A DNA stretch of 64,000 nucleotides from Escherichia coli (GCF_003018255.1 NZ_CP027440.1); one strand, 5' to 3'; shown: positions 1 through 13,897, numbered from the stretch's first letter. Translations and numbers: made by a program. Notes: generated by a model not told the origin, from the letters alone.

Positions 1-1068
<1,068 letters not shown>

Positions 1069-1077
1069 TAAAGACAA

Positions 1078-1110
1078 GGCGCAACCTTCACGGGTTGCGC
1101 CTGTGTTTTT
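1078..1110. terminator. Rho-independent terminator between convergent mdtK and ydhQ
   Basis: GC stem ggcgcaacc/ggttgcgcc followed by tgtgttttt directly after mdtK stop. Confidence 0.55.
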
Positions 1111-2365
1111 ACGCAGGCTGGAGCGTTGCGCCAATCCCGTCTTCGTCTGGCTGTAGTTTCAGTGCGTTACACAGAGTTTGCCGACTGGCATCTGTTATCT
1201 CAACGTGTATATCACCAGTAACTTCCCCTTTCACATTGATGAAGTCAGGTGAAATTTCTTTCGCACTGGTTTGCAGGCAAATCGCTCCCTCTCCGCGCAG
1301 GCGTTTCACTTTCAGTTGCACATGCGTTGCCGCACCAGTGATTAGCCACAGTTTTCCGCCATTTAGATTGATGCTACCAACACTGAAAGTGACACTGTCA
1401 CCTTTTACCGTACTGCCGTCGAGAATCAATACACCGCCCTGCTGTACAGTAATCGTTGATTGTTGCAGATCTGCGCCATAGCCAATAATCATTGAAGCGC
1501 CGTCCAGTAATGCAACACTACCGGTCAGTTCAACCGGTGCGCGATCTTCCTCTACGACAAAATTTTCGTCCGCGCTGGTGGGTGACAACAGGATGACTGT
1601 CCCACCTTGTATTACCGCATTTTCCAGCGTACCGGCATGCACTTCAGCCCGACCACCCACATTAACGGACAGGTTTTGCGTCTTACCGGAACTGTAGAGC
1701 TGAAGACCATCCGTCCCCAGACGATAAGTGGATCCATTCTCAACAATAGTGTCAGAGTCTTCACCACCGAGATTATTCATGGTGCCACCAGCAAGCAATG
1801 TATCACTGGCTTTCCCCGCCAGCATAAAAACGCCGCCCTGATTAATCTCACAATTGCTGGCTTCCCCACCTGGATACACCAACAATTCACCACCTTCATC
1901 TACCACGACCGCTGAGGTTGTCCCATTGACCAACAGGCCACCCTCTTGATCGAGAATAATTTTTTCCGCGCGATGGCCTTCCAGTACACGCAGGTTACCG
2001 CCATTTTCCAGCAACAAACCGCAGGCATAACCTTTATCAACGCTGAATTCACCTTCGGGATGGCGGCCATTAACCGTAGCGAGCGTAGAGAGACTAATTG
2101 CGCCTCCCTCGGACTGAACAATATCTGTGGCAATGGCACCGTCGCTGACCGATAGCGTGCCATTGTTGCCGTACTGTGTGCATTTGGCGATCCCACCGGT
2201 TGCCACTTTCAACCAGCCAGCCCCCGTGACCACGGTATTTTCGGCTCTTCCGCCAGCTTCAACAATTAACTCACCTTCAGTAAGTTGCGTCGCGCCAATG
2301 ACCTCGCCGGTCTTAACAATTTGCACGTTCCCGTCGCTCATCAAGTTTTTCGCATCAGATCCCAT
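1109..2365 (-). CDS. ydhQ: Autotransporter-adhesin-related beta-helix repeat protein, 418 aa
   Basis: ORF 1109..2365 minus; ATG at 2365 with AGGA-type RBS upstream; Gly/Thr/Val-rich degenerate repeats; position next to mdtK and valV. Confidence 0.85.
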   Translation of the reverse strand: MGSDAKNLMSDGNVQIVKTGEVIGATQLTEGELIVEAGGRAENTVVTGAGWLKVATGGIAKCTQYGNNGTLSVSDGAIATDIVQSEGGAISLSTLATVNGRHPEGEFSVDKGYACGLLLENGGNLRVLEGHRAEKIILDQEGGLLVNGTTSAVVVDEGGELLVYPGGEASNCEINQGGVFMLAGKASDTLLAGGTMNNLGGEDSDTIVENGSTYRLGTDGLQLYSSGKTQNLSVNVGGRAEVHAGTLENAVIQGGTVILLSPTSADENFVVEEDRAPVELTGSVALLDGASMIIGYGADLQQSTITVQQGGVLILDGSTVKGDSVTFSVGSINLNGGKLWLITGAATHVQLKVKRLRGEGAICLQTSAKEISPDFINVKGEVTGDIHVEITDASRQTLCNALKLQPDEDGIGATLQPA

Positions 2366-2618
2366 GATTTATTCCTTTGCTGCATCTGTGTGCCTTTATT
2401 GCTACCTAAGTGTAAAGGCTACGGAGGATTTATCCACGACAGATTTTGAGATGGTGGCAAACAACTCTGTTTAAACTCTGATACACGGATTATTGGGTTG
2501 TATCTGATGTAAATGCGATCCTGAATAAAAATCGCCCTTGCAAATCAACAAAATATAGCCAATTTGCTTAAAAGCTCTGCAAACGGTCGAAATAGCGCAG
2601 AAAATTACGTTTTGCCTC

Positions 2619-2647
2619 TTGCCACCTTCCCACTCTGCCGCTAATAT
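2619..2647 (+). promoter_or_regulatory. Sigma70 promoter of the valV-valW tRNA operon
   Basis: TTGCCA, 17-nt spacer, TAATAT, then GC-rich discriminator tcgtcccc about 25 nt before the tRNA 5' end. Confidence 0.5.
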
Positions 2648-2673
2648 TCGTCCCCGTTGTCACCTACAACGTT

Positions 2674-2750
2674 GCGTTCATAGCTCAGTTGGTTAGAGCA
2701 CCACCTTGACATGGTGGGGGTCGTTGGTTCGAGTCCAATTGAACGCACCA
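2674..2750 (+). tRNA. valV: tRNA-Val (anticodon GAC), 77 nt, encoded CCA
   Basis: Sequence GCGTTCATAGCTCAGTTGGTTAGAGCACCACCTTGACATGGTGG...CGCACCA recognised as tRNA-Val; anticodon loop cttGACat. Confidence 0.95.
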
Positions 2751-2754
2751 TCCT

Positions 2755-2831
2755 GCGTCCGTAGCTCAGTTGGTTAGAGCACCACCTTGACATGGTGGGG
2801 GTCGGTGGTTCGAGTCCACTCGGACGCACCA
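2755..2831 (+). tRNA. valW: tRNA-Val (anticodon GAC), 77 nt, encoded CCA; tandem copy 4 nt after valV
   Basis: Near-identical cloverleaf to valV with acceptor-stem and T-arm substitutions (GCGTCCG...CGGACGCACCA). Confidence 0.95.
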
Positions 2832-2938
2832 GATTTTCTTAATCTGGTCTTCTCCTTTTTCCCTCTGTTTCTTCTCTATATCCAATACGTTAAAAGATTT
2901 ACACTGTCTTCGTATGCGTTATCAGAAGGAGAATCGCT

Positions 2939-3244
2939 ATGGCAACTTTGTTACAACTTCATTTTTCTTTCAATGGCCCATTTGGCGACGCAATGGCTGA
3001 GCAGCTTAAACCGCTTGCTGAGTCGATTAATCAGGAACCTGGTTTTCTGTGGAAGGTATGGACAGAAAGTGAAAAGAACCACGAAGCCGGTGGGATCTAC
3101 CTTTTTACTAATGAAAAAAGCGCCCTTGCCTATCTGGAAAAACATACTGCCCGACTGAAAAATCTCGGCGTTGAGGAAGTTGTCGCCAAAGTTTTCGATG
3201 TCAATGAGCCACTTAGTCAAATCAATCAGGCAAAACTCGCCTGA
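2939..3244 (+). CDS. ydhR: Putative monooxygenase-like small protein, 101 aa
   Basis: ORF with AAGGAGAA RBS 6 nt upstream; sequence and position match YdhR. Confidence 0.85.
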   Translation: MATLLQLHFSFNGPFGDAMAEQLKPLAESINQEPGFLWKVWTESEKNHEAGGIYLFTNEKSALAYLEKHTARLKNLGVEEVVAKVFDVNEPLSQINQAKLA

Positions 3245-3369
3245 CAGAATTTAATCAAGGGCGGTTAGCGCCCTTTTCATCCCTGTCTGAAATTTCTCAA
3301 ATTCTAAAAATCTCAACCAAACTTATCTGATAACACTAAATTCGAAAGAATGCGTACAGGTAAGTAACA

Positions 3370-4980
3370 ATGAAAAAAATTGCTATTGTGGGTGCCGGGC
3401 CTACGGGGATCTACACCTTATTCTCGCTTCTACAGCAACAAACTCCACTTTCTATTTCTATCTTCGAGCAGGCTGATGAAGCCGGTGTCGGGATGCCATA
3501 CAGTGATGAGGAAAACTCAAAAATGATGCTGGCAAATATTGCCAGTATTGAAATACCGCCGATTTATTGTACGTATCTCGAATGGCTACAAAAGCAAGAA
3601 GCCAGCCATCTCCAGCGTTATGGCGTTAAAAAAGAAACCTTGCACGATCGTCAGTTTTTACCGCGAATTCTGCTGGGCGAATATTTCCGCGATCAATTTT
3701 TACGATTAGTAGACCAGGCACGACAGCAAAAATTTGCAGTGGCTGTTTATGAATCATGCCAGGTTACCGATCTGCAAATTACAAATGCTGGCGTCATGCT
3801 CGCTACAAATCAGGATTTACCCAGCGAGACGTTTGATTTAGCGGTGATCGCCACGGGTCACGTCTGGCCTGATGAAGAAGAAGCAACCCGAACGTATTTT
3901 CCCAGCCCGTGGTCAGGCCTGATGGAAGCAAAGGTCGATGCGTGTAACGTGGGTATTATGGGAACATCCTTGAGCGGACTGGATGCGGCAATGGCAGTGG
4001 CTATTCAGCATGGTTCGTTCATTGAAGATGATAAACAACACGTCGTTTTTCACCGCGATAACGCAAGTGAAAAGCTAAATATTACGTTGATGTCGCGTAC
4101 GGGTATTTTACCCGAAGCCGATTTCTATTGCCCTATTCCCTACGAGCCCTTACACATCGTCACCGATCAAGCATTAAATGCTGAGATTCAAAAAGGCGAA
4201 GTGGGCCTTTTGGATCGGGTATTTAGATTGATAGTAGAGGAAATCAAATTTGCTGATCCAGACTGGAGCCAACGCATAGCCTTAGAAAGCCTGAATGTCG
4301 ATTCCTTTGCTCAAGCCTGGTTTGCCGAGCGCAAACAACGCGACCCATTCGACTGGGCAGAAAAAAATCTCCAGGAAGTCGAACGCAATAAACGAGAAAA
4401 ACATACTGTTCCCTGGCGTTATGTCATTCTGCGCCTGCATGAAGCCGTACAGGAAATTGTTCCTCATCTGAATGAACACGACCATAAACGGTTCAGTAAA
4501 GGCCTTGCCCGGGTTTTCATCGATAATTATGCGGCAATCCCTTCAGAGTCTATTCGTCGACTACTGGCCTTACGTGAAGCGGGAATCATTCATATTCTCG
4601 CCCTCGGTGAAGACTACGAAATGGAAATTAATGAGTCGCGCACCGTCCTGAAAACGGAAGACAATAGCTACTCGTTTGACGTTTTTATTGATGCCCGTGG
4701 GCAGCGTCCGCTTAAAGTGAAAGATATTCCTTTCCCTGGACTACGCGAACAATTACAGAAAACAGGGGATGAAATCCCTGATGTTGGCGAAGATTATACG
4801 CTACAGCAACCCGAAGAAATTCGTGGGCGCGTAGCGTTCGGCGCGTTGCCCTGGTTGATGCACGACCAGCCATTCGTACAGGGACTTACGGCATGTGCAG
4901 AAATTGGTGAGGCGATAGCTCAGGCGGTCGTAAAGCCTGCATCCCGTGCTCGTCGGCGTCTTTCGTTTAATCAAATGTAA
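3370..4980 (+). CDS. ydhS: FAD/NAD(P)-binding domain protein, 536 aa
   Basis: N-terminal GxGxxG dinucleotide-binding motif (IVGAGPTG); synteny. Confidence 0.85.
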   Translation: MKKIAIVGAGPTGIYTLFSLLQQQTPLSISIFEQADEAGVGMPYSDEENSKMMLANIASIEIPPIYCTYLEWLQKQEASHLQRYGVKKETLHDRQFLPRILLGEYFRDQFLRLVDQARQQKFAVAVYESCQVTDLQITNAGVMLATNQDLPSETFDLAVIATGHVWPDEEEATRTYFPSPWSGLMEAKVDACNVGIMGTSLSGLDAAMAVAIQHGSFIEDDKQHVVFHRDNASEKLNITLMSRTGILPEADFYCPIPYEPLHIVTDQALNAEIQKGEVGLLDRVFRLIVEEIKFADPDWSQRIALESLNVDSFAQAWFAERKQRDPFDWAEKNLQEVERNKREKHTVPWRYVILRLHEAVQEIVPHLNEHDHKRFSKGLARVFIDNYAAIPSESIRRLLALREAGIIHILALGEDYEMEINESRTVLKTEDNSYSFDVFIDARGQRPLKVKDIPFPGLREQLQKTGDEIPDVGEDYTLQQPEEIRGRVAFGALPWLMHDQPFVQGLTACAEIGEAIAQAVVKPASRARRRLSFNQM

Positions 4981-4985
4981 AGCTA

Positions 4986-5798
4986 TCAGCACTCAACAAA
5001 CTGATGCTGTTCATTAAGGCGATAGCGGACTCCGGCTCGAATATTGTTTTCACCTTCAATGGCGACGGCGAAGCGAACTCTTTCGCCGTCATGATATGCC
5101 AGTGCGGCGCTTCCCCCTGGCCCGAGAATAATTGAGTCGACCACGCCCGTGCTCACTATTGTTGAATCTTCACCGCTGGCAATGATGTGTACATTGTCGC
5201 CGCTGTTGGCAATTCTGGCGTTTGCGCCAAAGCTGGCGATTTGCACCAGGTCACCATTACTGGCGACATGACATCGTTCACCCAATGTACAAACGCGTAC
5301 TCGCATTCCGGTATTCGCAATCCGACTGCTATCTCCAGCGCTGCTTATCCGCGAAGAATTACCGGTTACAGCAACCCGTGCGCGTTCACCGGAGCTGCCA
5401 ATGTGACTGTTAAAGCCGACACTTCCAATCCGCACGCTATAACCCATACTGGCAATTTGCGCGGCATACCCAGCGGTTGCGATTCTGGCATTATCCTCAC
5501 AACAGCCGATGCGAGCATGATCGTCGCTGCGGGCAAACTGACTGCAAAATGCTCTCTCTCCGGGATCTGTGGCCAGTTTTTGCATAGAAGAAACTTCCTG
5601 ATGCGCGAAGTTTTCATCCGCCAGCCATTTTTTCCACGCATACTCAACCAGACTCTCCGCCCAGTCCGTATATCCTTCCTCAATCAGTGCATGATGAATA
5701 TCGGCATAACTACCGCCGCGTGGGAAATGGCGCAGAAACCAGCGATACATCACCGCTCCGATACGCCATTCTCGCAGGTCTGCTCGTGTAATGATCAT
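4986..5798 (-). CDS. ydhT: Uncharacterised protein, last gene of ydhYVWXUT operon, 270 aa
   Basis: ORF 4986..5798 minus, starts 4 nt after ydhU stop; degenerate Gly/Ser-rich repeats in central region. Confidence 0.8.
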   Translation of the reverse strand: MIITRADLREWRIGAVMYRWFLRHFPRGGSYADIHHALIEEGYTDWAESLVEYAWKKWLADENFAHQEVSSMQKLATDPGERAFCSQFARSDDHARIGCCEDNARIATAGYAAQIASMGYSVRIGSVGFNSHIGSSGERARVAVTGNSSRISSAGDSSRIANTGMRVRVCTLGERCHVASNGDLVQIASFGANARIANSGDNVHIIASGEDSTIVSTGVVDSIILGPGGSAALAYHDGERVRFAVAIEGENNIRAGVRYRLNEQHQFVEC

Positions 5799-5801
5799 TC
5801 G

Positions 5802-6587
5802 TTAGTGCCGGTGATAGCCATCGACCATGCTTTTAAAGGTTTCGTGTGGCGTACGCCCCGTGGTGCAAAGATAAAGATGACCGAAGATAAAAAAGAGGCT
5901 TATAAATGCCAGAGCAAAATGCGCCTGCAATAACCAGTATCTTACGCCAGGAAACATATCTCCCACGGCTTGCGGATAGAGACACAGCAGCCCCGTCAAT
6001 AGTAACAATGGCAGCAATCCATACATGACACCAACATAGGCGACCTGCTGTAAGGGATTAAATTTAGACTGGGTTGTTGCCGGGAAAGGATGTTCTTCCC
6101 CCTGCATAATGCCAAACAAATAGAATCGCGTTTGTTTTGCCGCTCGCTCCAGCCCCCCCTGACGACGAATGCGATAGTGGTGACCATTACCCCCAACGGC
6201 ATTGATCAGAACAAAGCCGAGCCAGCATGCCAGTAACAAAAATCCGCAAACTTCATGCACCGCAACCAGACTTTTAACCGTAGTTGCGCCCACCAGCGCA
6301 AAGTGATTTATCAGCCCACTTGCCAGCAACAATACAAAGAGTAACGCATTCGACCAGTGCCATAATCTGACCGCTTTGCTGTAAAGATAAACCTTCTCAC
6401 CATGGTCGTTGGCTGATTTCTTCACGCCACGAGCACGAAGCAAGGCATGCAGCCCCAGCACCAACCACATCCCTACCAGCAATAGTCCGGCAATGATCAA
6501 CCACACCGGCCAAAATTGGGGAGTGAACAGTGGCACATAGTTCGCCAACTGGCTCTGAAACTGTTCAGCATGTTGCGACGGGTTCAT
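5802..6587 (-). CDS. ydhU: Integral membrane cytochrome b-type subunit (PhsC/NrfD-like), 261 aa
   Basis: Hydrophobic multi-TM ORF; ATG overlaps ydhX stop (ATGA). Confidence 0.8.
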   Translation of the reverse strand: MNPSQHAEQFQSQLANYVPLFTPQFWPVWLIIAGLLLVGMWLVLGLHALLRARGVKKSANDHGEKVYLYSKAVRLWHWSNALLFVLLLASGLINHFALVGATTVKSLVAVHEVCGFLLLACWLGFVLINAVGGNGHHYRIRRQGGLERAAKQTRFYLFGIMQGEEHPFPATTQSKFNPLQQVAYVGVMYGLLPLLLLTGLLCLYPQAVGDMFPGVRYWLLQAHFALAFISLFFIFGHLYLCTTGRTPHETFKSMVDGYHRH

Positions 6588-7252
6588 ACATTTTCCTTTT
6601 TAATCAAATGTTGACCGAACCGGCGATACAGGTGCGGTTTCCCGGCACCAGGTAGCTGATATTGATAGTATTTATTTTCCTGCAACCACGCCTGAATTTC
6701 TGGGCTATCTTCGCGACCAAAGATCAATGCGTGTTCCGGACAGGCGCTGACGCAAATGGGCGGAAAGCCTTTTGCCAGTCGGGACTCAGCGCAGAAATCA
6801 CATTTATCTGCCACTTTAGTGACAGGGTTAAGGTAGCGAACCTGGTAAGGACAAGCGCCAATGCAATAACTGCAGCCGATGCACTGCGATTTTTCTACCC
6901 GCACGATCCCCTGCTCATCACGCCACGACGCCCCTGTCGGGCAAACGTCGATGCAAGGAGCATCTTCACAGTGCTGGCATGACTGGCGAAAAAAGTGATA
7001 CTGCGTTTCGTTGTCGTTATCGGTGACTGGAATGTGTGCTATCGATAAACGGCTTCCCTGAGCGGGGACGTGGTTAGTTTTACGGCATGCGCGGGCGCAA
7101 ATATTACAGCCATTGCACCGTGACTCGTCATGAATCATGGCATACCGAACTTTCTTTTCTTGCATCGTGTTCGCTAACAGAGAAGACGCAGAACCAGTAA
7201 AAAAGATTACTGTTCCCATCCCCAGAACAAATTTGCGTCGAGTGAAGGACAT
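6584..7252 (-). CDS. ydhX: Tat-exported 4Fe-4S ferredoxin-like protein, 222 aa (in-frame alternative start at 7303)
   Basis: Twin-arginine motif FTRRKFVLG near N-terminus; multiple CxxCxxCxxxCP clusters. Confidence 0.8.
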   Translation of the reverse strand: MSFTRRKFVLGMGTVIFFTGSASSLLANTMQEKKVRYAMIHDESRCNGCNICARACRKTNHVPAQGSRLSIAHIPVTDNDNETQYHFFRQSCQHCEDAPCIDVCPTGASWRDEQGIVRVEKSQCIGCSYCIGACPYQVRYLNPVTKVADKCDFCAESRLAKGFPPICVSACPEHALIFGREDSPEIQAWLQENKYYQYQLPGAGKPHLYRRFGQHLIKKENV

Positions 7253-7315
7253 CTGATTATCCCCTAATGCAGTGGCTGCTACTGTCCACCCTATCCATGA
7301 CATCTCCCTGAAATT

Positions 7316-7963
7316 TCAGGGGTTCTGAAACTGCTCTACCTCGAACCATTCGCATAAGCCATACGCCTTGCCATAGGTCATAAATCGCTCGCTAAACAAG
7401 TACAACACCGCCGTCGATGACTCCACCTGCCGTATATCAGCATATTCAGGTGCAATATCCATCGCGGCGATCGCGGCTTCGATCTGCGCTTCCTGGAAGT
7501 AATATGGCGCTTGCATCAGCATGGCGACTTTGTAAGGACGAGGATACGTCTGGCACTCAAAACGAACGGCGTGTGCAATGGCGCGACAAATGTCCTGCTC
7601 CACAACTTGCAAAGACATCGCCGCGTAGTTTTCACTCATGGCCTGCGTTGAGTAATAGTAATCATCCTGGCTTCCCGTCATACACGCGATATCCGCGTGG
7701 TCTCCGTTCTGCTTAATGTTTTCCAGCAAAACTGACAGTTCCTCTTCTGCAACCGAATAGGGCGGCGAGAGAAACACGGCGCGCGCCACCAGCTGCCCAG
7801 CCGCAGAATGCTGACGAATGAACTCTGCCAGGATTTCAGCAGGTTCTGGTTCGGTTACCGTATCAACGGGGTGACGCATCCCCTGCAACCATTGCCGCTT
7901 CGCCTCATCAACTTCGCTGACTTTCGCTAACGGCAATTCATCCTGATGGTTCATCTCACCCAT
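7316..7963 (-). CDS. ydhW: Uncharacterised operon protein, 215 aa
   Basis: ORF 7316..7963 minus, start 4 nt after ydhV stop; synteny. Confidence 0.75.
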   Translation of the reverse strand: MGEMNHQDELPLAKVSEVDEAKRQWLQGMRHPVDTVTEPEPAEILAEFIRQHSAAGQLVARAVFLSPPYSVAEEELSVLLENIKQNGDHADIACMTGSQDDYYYSTQAMSENYAAMSLQVVEQDICRAIAHAVRFECQTYPRPYKVAMLMQAPYYFQEAQIEAAIAAMDIAPEYADIRQVESSTAVLYLFSERFMTYGKAYGLCEWFEVEQFQNP

Positions 7964-7966
7964 TCC

Positions 7967-10716
<2,750 letters not shown>

Positions 10717-10917
10717 TTATTTCGCATCCTCTTCGCAAACACAGTGCTGACAATTCAGCAGCCTGATATTAGGCACTCAACTAATACGCTGCTGACTCTG
10801 TCCTCAACACCAGATATTTTCCCTAACCCAATAGTGTATGAGAAAAGATTTAACGCTGATAAACTAATCCTTTATGGTTAGGAGAAAAAATAATGTGATT
10901 ATTCTGGGCTCTTAACA

Positions 10918-10931
10918 TTGATCGTTATCAA
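10918..10931. promoter_or_regulatory. FNR/CRP-type palindrome TTGAT-CGTT-ATCAA upstream of ydhY
   Basis: Perfect inverted repeat in the AT-rich ydhY-ydhZ intergenic region; the ydhY operon is known to be FNR-activated. Confidence 0.4.
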
Positions 10932-11171
10932 TTAAAATCACAAAGCAAGAAATTATAAGTGAACTGATATTTATTATCATTTGAAATAAATTTAACTTAA
11001 CCGACAATTATTTGTGAAGTTCATCGCAGAAAATAAAAATAACTTTATCGCTATAAATTAAAATACACACCGAAATTCGTATAATTTCAGCAGTTGTTAT
11101 TTAGAATGATTAACTGGACCGCAACTGAAGCAAGAATATCAGGATGAAGCTTACCGCCTCATCCTGAATGG

Positions 11172-11381
11172 TCATTTTACCAGTGCGTTAATGACGGTTT
11201 CCATCGCCTGCTTTTCCAGCTCACTGCGCTGAATGCGTTTATTGGCTAATGCTGTACGTAATACGCCTGCGATAACAATATGCTTTGGTTCCTGCCCCAG
11301 ATCGCGCATTTCCAGCACAACTTTACCGACAACTCTGCACATTTCTCGGTACAGTTCATCCTCTTTTGTCCGATTTCCCAT
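11172..11381 (-). CDS. fumD: Small protein, 69 aa (fumarase D / YdhZ)
   Basis: ORF 11172..11381 minus; sequence and position match YdhZ; hairpin caggatga...tcatcctg just downstream at about 11139-11165. Confidence 0.8.
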   Translation of the reverse strand: MGNRTKEDELYREMCRVVGKVVLEMRDLGQEPKHIVIAGVLRTALANKRIQRSELEKQAMETVINALVK

Positions 11382-11695
11382 TCTTTATACCTATTTATCA
11401 TGCCAACTATCAGCATATATCAATCTAACCAATTAAACAAAAATCAAACAAAATCAGACAAATAACGCGATAAATTATTTTAACTGTAGCAATTGAGCGA
11501 TGATGTATTTATACACCGGATGAACTTTCACTTATCTTCACAGTGACAACCCCGGCACCAGACGTTGCGCAAACAGCGAAGTTTTTGCGTAACCTTTTCC
11601 CTGGAACGTTAAATCTTTGATAACAATTTATTGTCTAACAAGTTGTATATTTTTTGAAACGCTGTTTTTGTTTTCCTTTTGGATTAATTTCAGCG

Positions 11696-11701
11696 TATAA
11701 T
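11696..11701 (+). promoter_or_regulatory. Candidate -10 hexamer (TATAAT) of a pykF promoter
   Basis: Consensus TATAAT about 240 nt upstream of the pykF ATG; no strong -35 seen. Confidence 0.35.
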
Positions 11702-11716
11702 GCGCGCCAATTGACT

Positions 11717-11732
11717 CTTGAATGGTTTCAGC
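11717..11732. promoter_or_regulatory. Cra (FruR)-like operator TGAATGGTTTCA downstream of the candidate pykF -10
   Basis: Match to Cra half-site pattern TGAA-N4-TTCA; pykF is a known Cra-repressed gene. Confidence 0.45.
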
Positions 11733-11937
11733 ACTTTGGACTGTAGAACTCAACGACTCAAAAACAGGCACTCACGTTGGGCTGAGACACAAGCACACAT
11801 TCCTCTGCACGCTTTTTCGATGTCACCTATCCTTAGAGCGAGGCACCACCACTTTCGTAATACCGGATTCGCTTTCCGGCAGTGCGCCCAGAAAGCAAGT
11901 TTCTCCCATCCTTCTCAACTTAAAGACTAAGACTGTC

Positions 11938-13350
11938 ATGAAAAAGACCAAAATTGTTTGCACCATCGGACCGAAAACCGAATCTGAAGAGATGTTAGCT
12001 AAAATGCTGGACGCTGGCATGAACGTTATGCGTCTGAACTTCTCTCATGGTGACTATGCAGAACACGGTCAGCGCATTCAGAATCTGCGCAACGTGATGA
12101 GCAAAACTGGTAAAACCGCCGCTATCCTGCTTGATACCAAAGGTCCGGAAATCCGCACCATGAAACTGGAAGGCGGTAACGACGTTTCTCTGAAAGCGGG
12201 TCAGACCTTTACTTTCACCACTGATAAATCTGTTATCGGCAACAGCGAAATGGTTGCGGTAACGTATGAAGGTTTCACTACTGACCTGTCTGTTGGCAAC
12301 ACCGTACTGGTTGACGATGGTCTCATCGGTATGGAAGTTACCGCCATTGAAGGTAACAAAGTTATCTGTAAAGTGCTGAACAACGGCGACCTGGGTGAAA
12401 ACAAAGGTGTGAACCTGCCTGGCGTTTCCATTGCCCTGCCAGCACTGGCTGAAAAAGACAAACAGGACCTGATCTTTGGTTGCGAACAAGGCGTAGACTT
12501 TGTTGCTGCTTCCTTTATTCGTAAGCGTTCTGACGTTATCGAAATCCGTGAGCACCTGAAAGCGCACGGCGGCGAAAACATCCACATCATCTCCAAAATC
12601 GAAAACCAGGAAGGCCTCAACAACTTCGACGAAATCCTCGAAGCCTCTGACGGCATCATGGTTGCGCGTGGCGACCTGGGTGTAGAAATCCCGGTAGAAG
12701 AAGTTATCTTCGCCCAGAAGATGATGATCGAAAAATGTATCCGTGCACGTAAAGTCGTTATCACTGCGACCCAGATGCTGGATTCCATGATTAAAAACCC
12801 ACGCCCGACTCGCGCAGAAGCCGGTGACGTTGCAAACGCCATCCTCGACGGTACTGACGCAGTGATGCTGTCTGGTGAATCCGCAAAAGGTAAATACCCG
12901 CTGGAAGCGGTTTCTATCATGGCGACCATCTGCGAACGTACCGACCGCGTGATGAACAGCCGTCTCGAGTTCAACAATGACAACCGTAAACTGCGCATTA
13001 CCGAAGCGGTATGCCGTGGTGCCGTTGAAACTGCTGAAAAACTGGATGCCCCGCTGATCGTGGTTGCTACCCAGGGCGGTAAATCTGCTCGCGCAGTACG
13101 TAAATACTTCCCGGATGCCACCATCCTGGCACTGACCACCAACGAAAAAACGGCTCATCAGTTGGTACTGAGCAAAGGCGTTGTGCCGCAGCTGGTTAAA
13201 GAGATCACTTCTACTGATGATTTCTACCGTCTGGGTAAAGAACTGGCTCTGCAGAGCGGTCTGGCACACAAAGGTGACGTCGTAGTTATGGTTTCTGGTG
13301 CACTGGTACCGAGCGGCACTACTAACACCGCATCTGTTCACGTCCTGTAA
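11938..13350 (+). CDS. pykF: Pyruvate kinase I, 470 aa
   Basis: Track ORF starts at 11722, but the ATG at 11938 gives the pyruvate kinase N-terminus [19 protein letters not shown]. Confidence 0.95.
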
Positions 13351-13379
13351 TATTGCTTTTGTGAATTAATTTGTATATC

Positions 13380-13409
13380 GAAGCGCCCTGATGGGCGCTT
13401 TTTTTATTT
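13380..13409 (+). terminator. Rho-independent terminator of pykF
   Basis: Stem gaagcgccc/gggcgcttt followed by a T-run, 30 nt after the pykF stop. Confidence 0.7.
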
Positions 13410-13586
13410 AATCGATAACCAGAAGCAATAAAAAATCAAATCGGATTTCACTATATAATCTCACTTTATCTAAGATGAATCCGATGGAAGCATCCTGTTT
13501 TCTCTCAATTTTTTTATCTAAAACCCAGCGTTCGATGCTTCTTTGAGCGAACGATCAAAAATAAGTGCCTTCCCATCAAAAAAATA

Positions 13587-13615
13587 TTCTCAACATAAAA
13601 AACTTTGTGTAATAC
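13587..13615 (+). promoter_or_regulatory. lpp sigma70 promoter (-35 TTCTCA, 17-nt spacer, -10 TAATAC)
   Basis: Hexamers with an A-rich upstream tract, about 45 nt before the lpp ATG. Confidence 0.65.
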
Positions 13616-13648
13616 TTGTAACGCTACATGGAGATTAACTCAATCTAG

Positions 13649-13897
<249 letters not shown>

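Noticed and set aside
2641-2829. 62-aa minus-strand ORF overlapping both tRNA-Val genes
   Set aside because: It is the antisense translation of the two tRNA genes, which explains the internally repeated peptide.
5187-5933. 248-aa plus-strand ORF antisense to ydhT/ydhU
   Set aside because: Overlaps two real minus-strand genes; repetitive translation typical of antisense frames.
10881-10915. AGGAG-like RBS followed by ATG in the ydhY-ydhZ spacer
   Set aside because: The ATG is immediately followed by a stop (ATG TGA); not a coding sORF.
11995-13341. 448-aa minus-strand ORF, and the 313-aa ORF at 12201..13142, antisense to pykF
   Set aside because: Shadow ORFs within a highly expressed, well-recognised gene; low-complexity translation with no start context.
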